A DNA stretch of 64,000 nt, taken from sequence record LR597660. One strand, 5' to 3'. The position numbers and the translations under genes are program-made. Origin of the DNA: Escherichia phage T4_ev151. The notes beneath the pieces were generated by a model. The model was not told the origin of the DNA. It saw only the letters and a program-made list of their open reading frames with translations, and searched no databases. Below, one piece after another: positions 25,975-34,732 of the stretch; positions within the stretch are counted from its first letter, which is position 1, and every line of letters begins with the position of its first letter.

Positions 25975-26512
25975 TTACTATTTCCAAAAGTTTATTATTT
26001 TTAAGGTAATTAGCCTTTTCTAGGACTTCAGAAGCATATTTAGAACCTGCTTTAACATTCCATCCCGAATTATAAGAGGATATTGCTTTTCTTATATCGC
26101 CCTTATGTATATTTAACCAATAAGAAAGTTCAATGTACGCCCAGGAAGCTGAATTGGATCGTTTATTCAACATTCTTTTTATTTCAGCATCGGTCATATT
26201 ATAACCAAGTTCCTTAACTCTTGCTCGCATAGTAGGCAAATAATTTTGGAACATTCCATAAGCGTGATGCTTTGGTTTAGATTTTAAATTAACTCCGCCA
26301 GAGCTTTCTTGCCATAAAATGGCTGCCATTATATGGCCTAATCCGCTCTTGTGGATGTTTTTGTGTGTTTTATATTTTCCATCCTTAGAAAATTGTTCCC
26401 CGAATTGATACGCGTAACGCATGTTATCGAGTTGGACATTACTGAAAGTATGCTCGGAGCTATGTGCCATCATTGAAATGGCCAATAGACCAGCGAGTAG
26501 TGCTTTTCTCAT
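25967..26512 (-). CDS. Secreted protein, possible lytic transglycosylase-like (vs.1 position)
   Basis: 181 aa; signal peptide MRKALLAGLLAISMMAHS; LWQESSGG motif. Confidence 0.5.
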   Translation of the reverse strand: MRKALLAGLLAISMMAHSSEHTFSNVQLDNMRYAYQFGEQFSKDGKYKTHKNIHKSGLGHIMAAILWQESSGGVNLKSKPKHHAYGMFQNYLPTMRARVKELGYNMTDAEIKRMLNKRSNSASWAYIELSYWLNIHKGDIRKAISSYNSGWNVKAGSKYASEVLEKANYLKNNKLLEIVND

Positions 26513-26519
26513 GCTTACC

Positions 26520-26981
26520 TCATTGAGTTTTAATTACTGCTTTAGAAGCCTTTCCTGGTAAACGACGACTGTTGATAATTGCCATCCTGCATTGAAGTGA
26601 CGGGTTTTTGAACTTCTCATTAGGCTTACAAACCGTAAATCCAAGCCAAAGATTTCCATCTGTGATTTCTAAACGTCCAGGACGATATTCAACCCCATCA
26701 ATAAAATCCTCGTCAATGTCAGGACGCGGAGGCATACTCAGGAATTCATTAACTTCTAAAACATGGTCTTTTATTTTATGGAATAATTCAAAAACATATG
26801 TCTCATCAATCTCCCGTTGAATTGCACGATCAAGAAGATGTTGAGAATATTTTAGATGAAACGATGAGACTCCTGCTGCTTTTGATGCCTCACGAATCTC
26901 ATTGTTAATTTGACGAAACTCCGACTCAAAATGACGACGAAGCTTATTTCGACGGATAAAAACTTCTGTATTGATAGTCAT
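26520..26981 (-). CDS. regB: Endoribonuclease RegB
   Basis: 153 aa, size and position as T4 RegB; early promoter immediately upstream. Confidence 0.8.
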   Translation of the reverse strand: MTINTEVFIRRNKLRRHFESEFRQINNEIREASKAAGVSSFHLKYSQHLLDRAIQREIDETYVFELFHKIKDHVLEVNEFLSMPPRPDIDEDFIDGVEYRPGRLEITDGNLWLGFTVCKPNEKFKNPSLQCRMAIINSRRLPGKASKAVIKTQ

Positions 26982-27009
26982 GTTGTTCTCCTCTTAACTG
27001 ATAGAAAAA

Positions 27010-27038
27010 TTATACCACAGTCAAGAGGAAAAGTAAAC
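27010..27038 (-). promoter_or_regulatory. T4-type early promoter upstream of regB
   Basis: Minus strand GTTTAC, 17 nt, TGGTATAAT. Confidence 0.6.
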
Positions 27039-27040
27039 AG

Positions 27041-27319
27041 TTATTCTTTAAATCTAATCAATTTATTCATAGACTTTGAAACTTCTGCACGGACCTCATG
27101 TAGATTTTTGAGCTGTTCAAGACGCTGCGTATAGTAAGCAATTTCATCTTCTTCGAGACAGTCCTGCGAATCTTCTTTAAGATAACGTGCATAGTCCTGG
27201 AAAGCGTTACGGACTACTTCCTGGAAGTCATCAAGACTTTGAATTTTCTTAGGAGCAGTAGATACACGACGAGGGGCAGTATAATACTCATAACCAAACC
27301 CTGCGCTTAATTGAGCCAT
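27041..27319 (-). CDS. Hypothetical protein (vs.3 position)
   Basis: ATG 27319 (track GTG 27361). Confidence 0.45.
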   Translation of the reverse strand: MAQLSAGFGYEYYTAPRRVSTAPKKIQSLDDFQEVVRNAFQDYARYLKEDSQDCLEEDEIAYYTQRLEQLKNLHEVRAEVSKSMNKLIRFKE

Positions 27320-27585
27320 TAGTATTTTTCCTCTGGTTGGAACACTGCGCGACAAGCCCACATACTGGCTTCTTTGAGTTTCGTTTTAGCAATAGTTAAC
27401 TGATCGAGGCTTTCAGCATAATTCTTCGCGAATTCACAGTCTTCGCAATTATCTAGTGCTTCCCAGAATTCATCGTATAAAGCATCAAAGATAAGTCCTA
27501 AACGAACTTCAGCGTCTTTGATAGCATTCACTTTACCGATTTTCTCTTCAGTATGCGGCTTATAACCTTTAATGTCTTCAATCAT
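27319..27585 (-). CDS. vs.4: Acb2-like cyclic-oligonucleotide sponge (vs.4 position)
   Basis: ATG 27585 with AGGAAG SD (alt ATG 27615, track TTG 27621); small helical protein; identity rests on synteny. Confidence 0.55.
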   Translation of the reverse strand: MIEDIKGYKPHTEEKIGKVNAIKDAEVRLGLIFDALYDEFWEALDNCEDCEFAKNYAESLDQLTIAKTKLKEASMWACRAVFQPEEKY

Positions 27586-27799
27586 ATTTGACTTCCTCAC
27601 CAGTACATAAATCATATTCAACTAAACGAATAGGTTCATGAATGCCATATCCCTGAACAGAAATTTCTGTCGTAGGATAAATTCCACTAATATCACCCAT
27701 ATTCCACGCTTCATTAAATTGCTGTTCGCCTGAATTACTAAACCATTCTGCGAAAGCATTTAGCACATCTTTAGAACCTTCAATAATTATCTTTGCCAT
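27578..27799 (-). CDS. Hypothetical protein (vs.5 position)
   Basis: 73-aa ORF, ATG start. Confidence 0.5.
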   Translation of the reverse strand: MAKIIIEGSKDVLNAFAEWFSNSGEQQFNEAWNMGDISGIYPTTEISVQGYGIHEPIRLVEYDLCTGEEVKYD

Positions 27800-28161
27800 T
27801 ACAGACTCTCAGTAAAGGTACGAGCGATAACGTCGCGCTGCTGTTCCGGAGTCAGAGAGTTAAAGCGAACTGCATAACCTGATACACGGATGGTCAGCTG
27901 CGGATATTTTTCCGGATGCTTAACTGCATCTTCCAGAGTTTCACGACGCAGAACGTTAACGTTCAGGTGCTGACCACCTTCAATTTTAACTGTAGGTTGT
28001 GGCTCAATTTCAATTTCACGGGCATGCAAACCATAGAAAATTTCTGGGTCTACAAAAGAGTCCTCTTTAAAGGTTTTAGAAACAATAATTCGTGCTTGAA
28101 TACCATCTTCAAAATAAATAGTACCTTTATGCGTGCCTTCAAGAATTTGATATGCTTTCAT
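27799..28161 (-). CDS. Autonomous glycyl radical cofactor (GrcA/YfiD homolog)
   Basis: 120 aa; C-terminal half matches recalled E. coli GrcA incl. RVSGYAVRF glycyl-radical motif. Confidence 0.85.
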   Translation of the reverse strand: MKAYQILEGTHKGTIYFEDGIQARIIVSKTFKEDSFVDPEIFYGLHAREIEIEPQPTVKIEGGQHLNVNVLRRETLEDAVKHPEKYPQLTIRVSGYAVRFNSLTPEQQRDVIARTFTESL

Positions 28162-28168
28162 ATAAACC

Positions 28169-28498
28169 TCAATTAGAAAATAAATTTATCCAAGATTGTT
28201 CTTTAATTAAAAATGGCTCAGAATCATATGCCATTAAACTTTGCGTAATTAATCCTTTAAAAGGTCCATCAATAAATTCCATGGTAAAATATGGAATTTT
28301 ATTCATTAGCCGTGCATTAGGAGCAGTGCACAAAACTCTGCATCCTTTGAATACACCTTTTTGTAATTTGTATTGCTTGGGATAAAATTCGCTTAAAATG
28401 TTGTTATTTGCCAAAATTTCAAAATGATTCACCAATTTATTTTTAATAGTTTTTGGCGAAAAATAAAGATATTCGAAAAGCTGAGTGTCTGTCATCAT
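28169..28498 (-). CDS. Hypothetical protein (vs.7 position); start uncertain
   Basis: ATG at 28498/28495 or 28549. Confidence 0.45.
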   Translation of the reverse strand: MMTDTQLFEYLYFSPKTIKNKLVNHFEILANNNILSEFYPKQYKLQKGVFKGCRVLCTAPNARLMNKIPYFTMEFIDGPFKGLITQSLMAYDSEPFLIKEQSWINLFSN

Positions 28499-29031
28499 TG
28501 CATTCCGATTACGAAAAACTGTGGACGAGTAATACCACCAATACAACATTTAATATTACAGCAGTAGTGTACAGTGTCAATATGGACGCTATAAATCTTA
28601 TCCATATCAGGAGATTTGACAGGCTCATCAATTATATACAAAATTCGCGAAAGCGATAAACCTCTGAACTTGCTTCCTTTATTACCAATAAAACTGCGCA
28701 CAGAATCAGTAAATAAACGAAAACGTATATCATTAGAATAACGCGAAAATTCCTTTTTAATGTTATTTGCAGAAATTTTAGCGTAAGCTGAAGTATTAGA
28801 AAGAACAATAACTGTTCCGCCATCATACAACCAATTAGCGGCAAAATTAGTTACTGCGGTTGATTTACCGGATTGACGTCCACCATCTAGTCGAAGTGTG
28901 CAATACTGCTTAAGTAAGTCTTCAAATGGTGGGATATATTCGTTTTTACAAATTTCTTCTACTCTAGCATCAGAATGGTGTGTAAAAGCATTCATCAGGG
29001 ATAGATAAGGACCAGTTAAAAATGTTCTCAT
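28495..29031 (-). CDS. Small P-loop NTPase (vs.8 position)
   Basis: Walker A GGRQSGKST, Walker B ILYIIDEP; start ATG 29031 preferred (track 29079). Confidence 0.5.
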   Translation of the reverse strand: MRTFLTGPYLSLMNAFTHHSDARVEEICKNEYIPPFEDLLKQYCTLRLDGGRQSGKSTAVTNFAANWLYDGGTVIVLSNTSAYAKISANNIKKEFSRYSNDIRFRLFTDSVRSFIGNKGSKFRGLSLSRILYIIDEPVKSPDMDKIYSVHIDTVHYCCNIKCCIGGITRPQFFVIGMQ

Positions 29032-29184
29032 TTTATTCTCTCTAAATTTGGGCCATTCCATGGCGCATGAATTGTCCATTTCTGTATTTACCCATTACCG
29101 CACTTGGGCTCGACCTTATTACAGGTTGGCGGGAATCCCTCATAGAATCATGAGGTCCAGCTTGTTCCCATATTTCTTATTTGC

Positions 29185-29658
29185 TTATTTGAATGATTTG
29201 ACGTACTGAATAGAGCCTTTGCTATTCACAAAGGCAATTTTACCATTTTTATTATACATGGTAGCAGTACGCTGATAACCATAAGTTTGTTTACCAGATT
29301 GATAACCAACTAATGCAAAATTATCTTCGCCCATTTTATTCTGTTTAGCGCGGATGCGTTCATGGCCATGTGCCATAAGAACCTTAGCATCACCAGTTGC
29401 AATGGATCGACGAGTTTTTTCATCTTCAACTGTATTAACAAAGTCGTCAAATGAATCAAATTTAGCATGAGATTTATTATACAGTTTTCCATCTACTGCA
29501 TAATTATATCCCTGTACATCCATCTCAACTTCTGTACCATCATCCAATACAGCAGTGATTTTTTGACCTTTTTTAAATTTCAAAAGATCAGTAAAAGATT
29601 CAGCAATAATTTGAGAATTAATAGCTGCTTCAGTAATAAATTCTTGATATGTTTTCAT
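29185..29658 (-). CDS. Internal protein family member (capsid-targeting sequence MKTYQEFITE)
   Basis: 157 aa; N-terminus MKTYQEFITEAA with LxE gp21-protease site; AAAGGAAA SD. Confidence 0.65.
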   Translation of the reverse strand: MKTYQEFITEAAINSQIIAESFTDLLKFKKGQKITAVLDDGTEVEMDVQGYNYAVDGKLYNKSHAKFDSFDDFVNTVEDEKTRRSIATGDAKVLMAHGHERIRAKQNKMGEDNFALVGYQSGKQTYGYQRTATMYNKNGKIAFVNSKGSIQYVKSFK

Positions 29659-29667
29659 ATGTTTCCT

Positions 29668-30084
29668 TTAAATGTAAATATTTTTGCCGTAATACTTGTA
29701 CCAGTGTGGCTTCATTAAAATTTTTTCATCAAGTCGTTGTTGACTCAATTTAATAGCTGATTTGCATGGATTATAATCATTTTTCCATTCTGCTGGAATA
29801 TCGCTGATGTCAGGAACTTCAGTATCTTTTATACTGAACCCGCGTTTTAAGCATTCCGTTATAATGTCTGATTGACGCTTTCGCAAAAATTCTAACTTAT
29901 CGTAAAAGAAAGTAACATGACCAGAACCTAAAATAAACTCGGAAGATATTTTAAAATCTTTAACCCGCTTACCATTTGCAACATGTTTACGAACTATACC
30001 AAAAACACGCGGCAATTCACGGTATTCTGCGATTAAATGTTGATCAGCAAGTTCAGATACTAAAGTCAAATTAATACGAGTCAT
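29668..30084 (-). CDS. denV: Endonuclease V (pyrimidine dimer glycosylase)
   Basis: 138 aa, [17 protein letters not shown]...; diverged from recalled T4 DenV; GGAGGG SD. Confidence 0.9.
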   Translation of the reverse strand: MTRINLTLVSELADQHLIAEYRELPRVFGIVRKHVANGKRVKDFKISSEFILGSGHVTFFYDKLEFLRKRQSDIITECLKRGFSIKDTEVPDISDIPAEWKNDYNPCKSAIKLSQQRLDEKILMKPHWYKYYGKNIYI

Positions 30085-30109
30085 TTTATCCCTCCAAGTA
30101 ACTGTGAAT

Positions 30110-30139
30110 ATACTATCACAATTCTAGGAGAAAGTAAAC
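30110..30139 (-). promoter_or_regulatory. T4-type early promoter upstream of denV
   Basis: Minus strand GTTTAC, 18 nt, TGTGATAGTATA. Confidence 0.5.
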
Positions 30140-30143
30140 AACT

Positions 30144-30674
<531 letters not shown>

Positions 30675-31115
30675 TTAAAAGAGGTTGTTCATTATTCGGT
30701 AAAGTGAAGGACCCATCACATATTGCCACTGAGTACGAGGAATAAGAGCAAAAGCATCCATCTCTGGAATCATAACGCCATCTTTATTTTCAAAATAAGA
30801 CTCACAATAGCAATTTCTGAACATCTCATGCTCTACTGGAATCGTATAATAAAATAACTGTAAGTCTTTATTACTAGAATATTTAAATACACCTAGGTCT
30901 TCTAGAAGGTCTGGATTATAATTGCTAAAACCAGTCTCTTCTAAGCATTCTCTTCGTGCTGCATCTAGTGCGCTTAAATCAGAATTTTCTACACGGCCCT
31001 TTGGAATATCCCAGCGATGTGCCATCATTCCAGGCTTACGAGAACCAGTAACACGACCCATAAATAAATCTTTATCTTCTGTCATAAAGATAATACCAGC
31101 TGATAGTGTTTTCAT
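30675..31115 (-). CDS. nudE: Nudix hydrolase NudE
   Basis: Nudix box GRVENSDLSALDAARRECLEETG; ATG 31115 with AGGAAA SD (track TTG 31130 gives 151 aa). Confidence 0.85.
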   Translation of the reverse strand: MKTLSAGIIFMTEDKDLFMGRVTGSRKPGMMAHRWDIPKGRVENSDLSALDAARRECLEETGFSNYNPDLLEDLGVFKYSSNKDLQLFYYTIPVEHEMFRNCYCESYFENKDGVMIPEMDAFALIPRTQWQYVMGPSLYRIMNNLF

Positions 31116-31474
31116 TTTAATTTCCTGCAATCACTCACAAACTCTTTCATTGACTCATTTTCAATATAAGACATGTAGCTATTATATTCCTTTAATTGTA
31201 TTTTGTAATCCTTTTTTCTTTGCCAATTTATTTTAAAATTATCATAATGAAAATATAAAATGATACCAAAGAATGAAAACAATGAAATAATTTTAGTATA
31301 ACAAAGCTCACTCCAAACTTCTGTTATATTTACTGTGCCGTCGATGTTTAAAATAAGACAGTCAATTAACAATCCAAAAAGACTACCCGCAAGAGCTGCA
31401 GCCAACGCCACAGCAAAAATTAAAAATGACTCAGGAAACGAATATTTGACTTTATTTAGTTTTGGCTTTTGCAT
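31112..31474 (-). CDS. Membrane protein
   Basis: 120 aa, two hydrophobic helices. Confidence 0.55.
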   Translation of the reverse strand: MQKPKLNKVKYSFPESFLIFAVALAAALAGSLFGLLIDCLILNIDGTVNITEVWSELCYTKIISLFSFFGIILYFHYDNFKINWQRKKDYKIQLKEYNSYMSYIENESMKEFVSDCRKLK

Positions 31475-31848
31475 CGTGATTCCTTAACAAATTTCATAAT
31501 TTCATTAAATTCATACGCAGCAAGTTTAAGCTGATGTTCCTTTTTAATCTTTTTACACTGAGCTTTCCATTCGCGTACGCGTTTACGATAGTGTCTTCCT
31601 TGATACCAGTATCCTACCCAATTTACAGGTACTAATAAAAATGGAACTACTAATGGAAGAATTAATACTAACAGAAATACTGCGTCTGATTCAATATCAG
31701 TAGTAACATCTATAACTATTCCAATAATCATTAGGATTATAAATGATACAGCTGTCACAGGACCTACTAATACATCAGTAGGAATTAGCTGGCGCTTTAA
31801 TTCATACTTCAACGGTTTACTTGGAAGGTATAGTGATGGTTTTGACAT
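31456..31848 (-). CDS. Membrane protein
   Basis: ATG 31848 (track TTG 31869); two TM helices, basic C-terminus. Confidence 0.5.
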   Translation of the reverse strand: MSKPSLYLPSKPLKYELKRQLIPTDVLVGPVTAVSFIILMIIGIVIDVTTDIESDAVFLLVLILPLVVPFLLVPVNWVGYWYQGRHYRKRVREWKAQCKKIKKEHQLKLAAYEFNEIMKFVKESRCKSQN

Positions 31849-32425
31849 ATTCTCTACATTCCTTAACAAATTTTTCTAGTAATAAATCGCTTTCAAAATT
31901 GGGATTTTCTACGAATTTATCAAAAAGATCATCAACAATAGTTAAGATATTCTTTTTACTAAGAATACGTTTATTTTCATGCTTCGTTTCAGAATCAACT
32001 ATAAGAGTAAAGAAATATTTCTTGCCCTGAAATTTTACCGTAGTATCAATATAAAATAAATTTGATTTTTGTAAATTACGTTTAAACCATGCATCACTTA
32101 AACTATAAACGCCAAGATAATCATAATCGTCGTTTAAATAACAGACCGTCCATTCAGGAGAAACAAAATCAGTAAATTCAACATCAAAATCGCATGTTAA
32201 TAAATGAATTGATTCAATACTGTTAATAAGTATTCCAGGACGTATTAAAGACTTTTTACCTCTAGAAAATCTTCCAGAAAGACTTTCATCAGTTTCATAT
32301 GAAGAACCCCAATAATAATTACGTCCTTCTGCCATACGTTTAAGAGCATTTAATAATTGGTCTGGAACATCAACTTGTCTTTGGAATTCTTCAAACATTG
32401 AATTGAAATCACTTTGCATTTTCAT
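31817..32425 (-). CDS. Hypothetical protein
   Basis: 202-aa ORF, ATG start. Confidence 0.55.
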   Translation of the reverse strand: MKMQSDFNSMFEEFQRQVDVPDQLLNALKRMAEGRNYYWGSSYETDESLSGRFSRGKKSLIRPGILINSIESIHLLTCDFDVEFTDFVSPEWTVCYLNDDYDYLGVYSLSDAWFKRNLQKSNLFYIDTTVKFQGKKYFFTLIVDSETKHENKRILSKKNILTIVDDLFDKFVENPNFESDLLLEKFVKECREYVKTITIPSK

Positions 32426-32446
32426 TCCTATTTACTCCAAGTAATA

Positions 32447-32460
32447 GGGGCCGAAGCCCC
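32447..32460 (-). terminator. UUCG-tetraloop hairpin (terminator-like)
   Basis: ggggc-cgaa-gcccc immediately after the stop at 32467; weak U tract. Confidence 0.4.
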
Positions 32461-32466
32461 TTATCA

Positions 32467-33060
32467 TTATTTCAGAGAATTAATGTATTCCTGAACATCG
32501 GCAGAGGTAGTTTCAACCCCAGAAATATTACCGTTAAAGGTTTCAACTCGAGCAAGGGTATCTTCAATATCAACCTTAGTCAGTGCTGCAATTTCAACTA
32601 CATCATCGGCAGTACTAATTCCAAGGGCATTTGCTGCACGAGTTTCACGGATATATTCCAATTTAACCGCAAGTTCTTGACGAGCATCATCTAACTCAAC
32701 TACTTTCTTGGCGATTTCAATTCGCATTTCAGCATAACCGTCAGCCTTAGTAGTCAACTGCTCAGCTGTTCGACGATATAGTAAACCGAGTTTAGCATGC
32801 ATTGTTACATCTTGGCCTTCGGAAAGAAGTTTACGAATTTCACGCTCTTTTGATTCGGCCTGTCGATTCTTTTCGATAACAAGTTCACGAATACGTTTTT
32901 CTTCGTTAATAGATTTAACAGAAGCAGTTTTTAGATCTTTAATTTTATCAAGTAGTTTTGCTGCTGCAGCAGTATACTGTTCTTCGACAGATAGATTTTT
33001 AGCCATAGCAGAACCAAGTTTAGTGCGAATAAACTCAACAATTTTCTTCAGTGTGTTCAT
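32467..33060 (-). CDS. Hypothetical alpha-helical coiled-coil protein
   Basis: 197 aa, AAGGAAA SD, heptad-rich. Confidence 0.55.
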   Translation of the reverse strand: MNTLKKIVEFIRTKLGSAMAKNLSVEEQYTAAAAKLLDKIKDLKTASVKSINEEKRIRELVIEKNRQAESKEREIRKLLSEGQDVTMHAKLGLLYRRTAEQLTTKADGYAEMRIEIAKKVVELDDARQELAVKLEYIRETRAANALGISTADDVVEIAALTKVDIEDTLARVETFNGNISGVETTSADVQEYINSLK

Positions 33061-33161
33061 AGTATTTCCTTAGGTTAATTGAGATTTAAAATCCGTAGGA
33101 GTATAATACTCTATCGTCAAATTATAGGCTCATAATATCTCAATCATGAGCCTGCGTAAAC

Positions 33162-33425
33162 TTATTTCATATTATTGAAATATTCTTCTGCGATTTCGTC
33201 GTTATCATGGTAAACTTTAGAAGACAGTTTAACATAACCTTCTGCTGTGAACATATTAATCACAACTTTTACAGTATACCACTGACCGTCTTCATTACCC
33301 ATTACTGCGTAAGTTTCAAACATCGGATGATCAGGACCGATAACTTTAATATCATTCACTGTACGACCGAAATCTTCTGAAACGCATTTCATAAAGAAGT
33401 TGAACAGTTCGCCGTAATTATCCAT
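33162..33425 (-). CDS. Hypothetical protein
   Basis: ATG 33425 with GGAG SD; track extension translates promoter/leader. Confidence 0.5.
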   Translation of the reverse strand: MDNYGELFNFFMKCVSEDFGRTVNDIKVIGPDHPMFETYAVMGNEDGQWYTVKVVINMFTAEGYVKLSSKVYHDNDEIAEEYFNNMK

Positions 33426-33468
33426 TTCATTCTCCAAGTTGTTTTCTGTATCAGTAGTTGATAGTTGT

Positions 33469-33499
33469 ATAGTACCATGGAAGAACAGAGATGTAAACA
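33469..33499 (-). promoter_or_regulatory. T4-type early promoter with conserved leader
   Basis: Minus strand GTTTACA, 19 nt, TGGTACTAT plus ACAACTATCAACTACTGATACAG. Confidence 0.55.
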
Positions 33500-33621
33500 G
33501 TTTTGTGAAAAAATTTTTAGGGAATTCTAGGGCAGGGATGGGCAATTAAAGGATAGGATAATATATTATAAAGGGTATAAACTAAATGATGCCTAGAGAG
33601 GTCCAGAAAGGCCTAGATACC

Positions 33622-33646
33622 AAAAAGCCCTATCATTTAGATAGGG
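33622..33646 (-). terminator. Rho-independent terminator
   Basis: Minus RNA CCCUAUC-UAAAU-GAUAGGG then CUUUUU, after the stop at 33655. Confidence 0.55.
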
Positions 33647-33654
33647 ATTTAAAA

Positions 33655-34218
33655 TTATTTACCTAGTTTAGTTATTATAGCTTCTGCAGCAGCTTTTAGC
33701 TTAGATGCAGTGTTAATACGATTTTTAATTTCAGTATACGCATCGCCAAGAACATCAAGGCTATCAGAATAAACACTTACACTATTGCGTTCGCTATTTG
33801 AAATAGAACCTTTAGTTTTACGATCAAAATCGGTGTACACGTCTTGAAGATCGCGGGCTGCCTTCTTTGCATCATCCAATGCATCAAGAGCTTTATTCAA
33901 AGCATTAACGTATTTTTTGGTGTCGAACATATTCTTAGAAATTTTAACAGGTGCACGTTCAGGAGTAGCTAATACAGATTTAGGAACCTGAGCGCCAGAT
34001 GCCAATTTCTTAGAAATTTTGAAAAATGCTTTATTGAATTTATTTTCTTGACTCATTGTAAAAGAACTATTATCGATGTTGTACATTTCAATAGCTTTAG
34101 CTTTCCACTTAAGAAAATCGCCGCGGTCTTTTGGGTCCAAGTGGAAGAATACTTTAGTAAGATCTGCTTCAGATGGTAATTTTGCTGCTTCGGTTAAAAA
34201 TTCTGCATAGGTTTTCAT
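33655..34218 (-). CDS. Internal protein family member (capsid-targeting sequence MKTYAEFLTE)
   Basis: 187 aa; N-terminus MKTYAEFLTEAA; AAGGA SD. Confidence 0.65.
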   Translation of the reverse strand: MKTYAEFLTEAAKLPSEADLTKVFFHLDPKDRGDFLKWKAKAIEMYNIDNSSFTMSQENKFNKAFFKISKKLASGAQVPKSVLATPERAPVKISKNMFDTKKYVNALNKALDALDDAKKAARDLQDVYTDFDRKTKGSISNSERNSVSVYSDSLDVLGDAYTEIKNRINTASKLKAAAEAIITKLGK

Positions 34219-34308
34219 TTAAAATCCTTGAAATAATCTATCGGTTGGTTATTAATTATTTATTACTTTGTTATTATCCGTAACAGCGTTATCCGAGTGA
34301 TTCAAACT

Positions 34309-34336
34309 AAAAAGCCCCAACCTTTCGGTCGGGGCT
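34309..34336 (-). terminator. Rho-independent terminator ending the tRNA/stable-RNA transcription unit
   Basis: Minus RNA AGCCCCGACC-GAAA-GGUUGGGGCU then U5. Confidence 0.65.
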
Positions 34337-34652
34337 AAGCCTTGCGGCAACCTTGTCGGGGTTCCACCTGCTAAGGCAAGTGTTTGTACGAAACGCCGGG
34401 ATTCGAACCCGGTTATCAAGCAGTTGACGCTACTCAATATTTTTAAAAGGCCATATCTCGACCATATCCGAACGTTCCGTCAAAAACGCTACTCGGCTTA
34501 CGGCAAAGATATTTCCTCGAATCGATAATTCGGTGCGCCGTTTCTGCTGTGATATAAGGGGGCATTAACAAAACATAAAGATTTATTAATGCCAGTCCTT
34601 AAACAGGGAACATCAGTCCGACGACTTGCCGGTAGCGACCCGGCTTCTTGTC
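34337..34652 (-). ncRNA. Stable small RNA region (T4 species 1/2 position), with a tRNA-like T-arm
   Basis: No ORF; between tRNA-Arg and terminator; GGTTCGAATCC T-arm at 34392-34410 without a full cloverleaf. Confidence 0.4.
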
Positions 34653-34729
34653 TGGTCGAGGCAGAAGGATTCTAACCTTCAACCTACGGATTAGAAATCC
34701 GTTGCTCTATACAATTGAGCTATGCCCCG
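34653..34729 (-). tRNA. tRNA-Arg (anticodon TCT), CCA encoded
   Basis: Cloverleaf read by eye: acceptor cggggca/tgcctcg, anticodon loop tTCTaa. Confidence 0.8.
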
Positions 34730-34732
34730 TAA

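Noticed and set aside
32467-33060. PspA/IM30-like assignment for the 197-aa coiled-coil protein
   Set aside because: Resemblance is only compositional (long helical coiled coil); I could not align conserved PspA blocks by eye, so it is left as hypothetical.
34392-34410. Possible eighth tRNA (tRNA-Gln) in the stable-RNA region
   Set aside because: A canonical T-arm is present but I could not build a matching acceptor stem or anticodon arm around it; annotated as part of the stable-RNA region.
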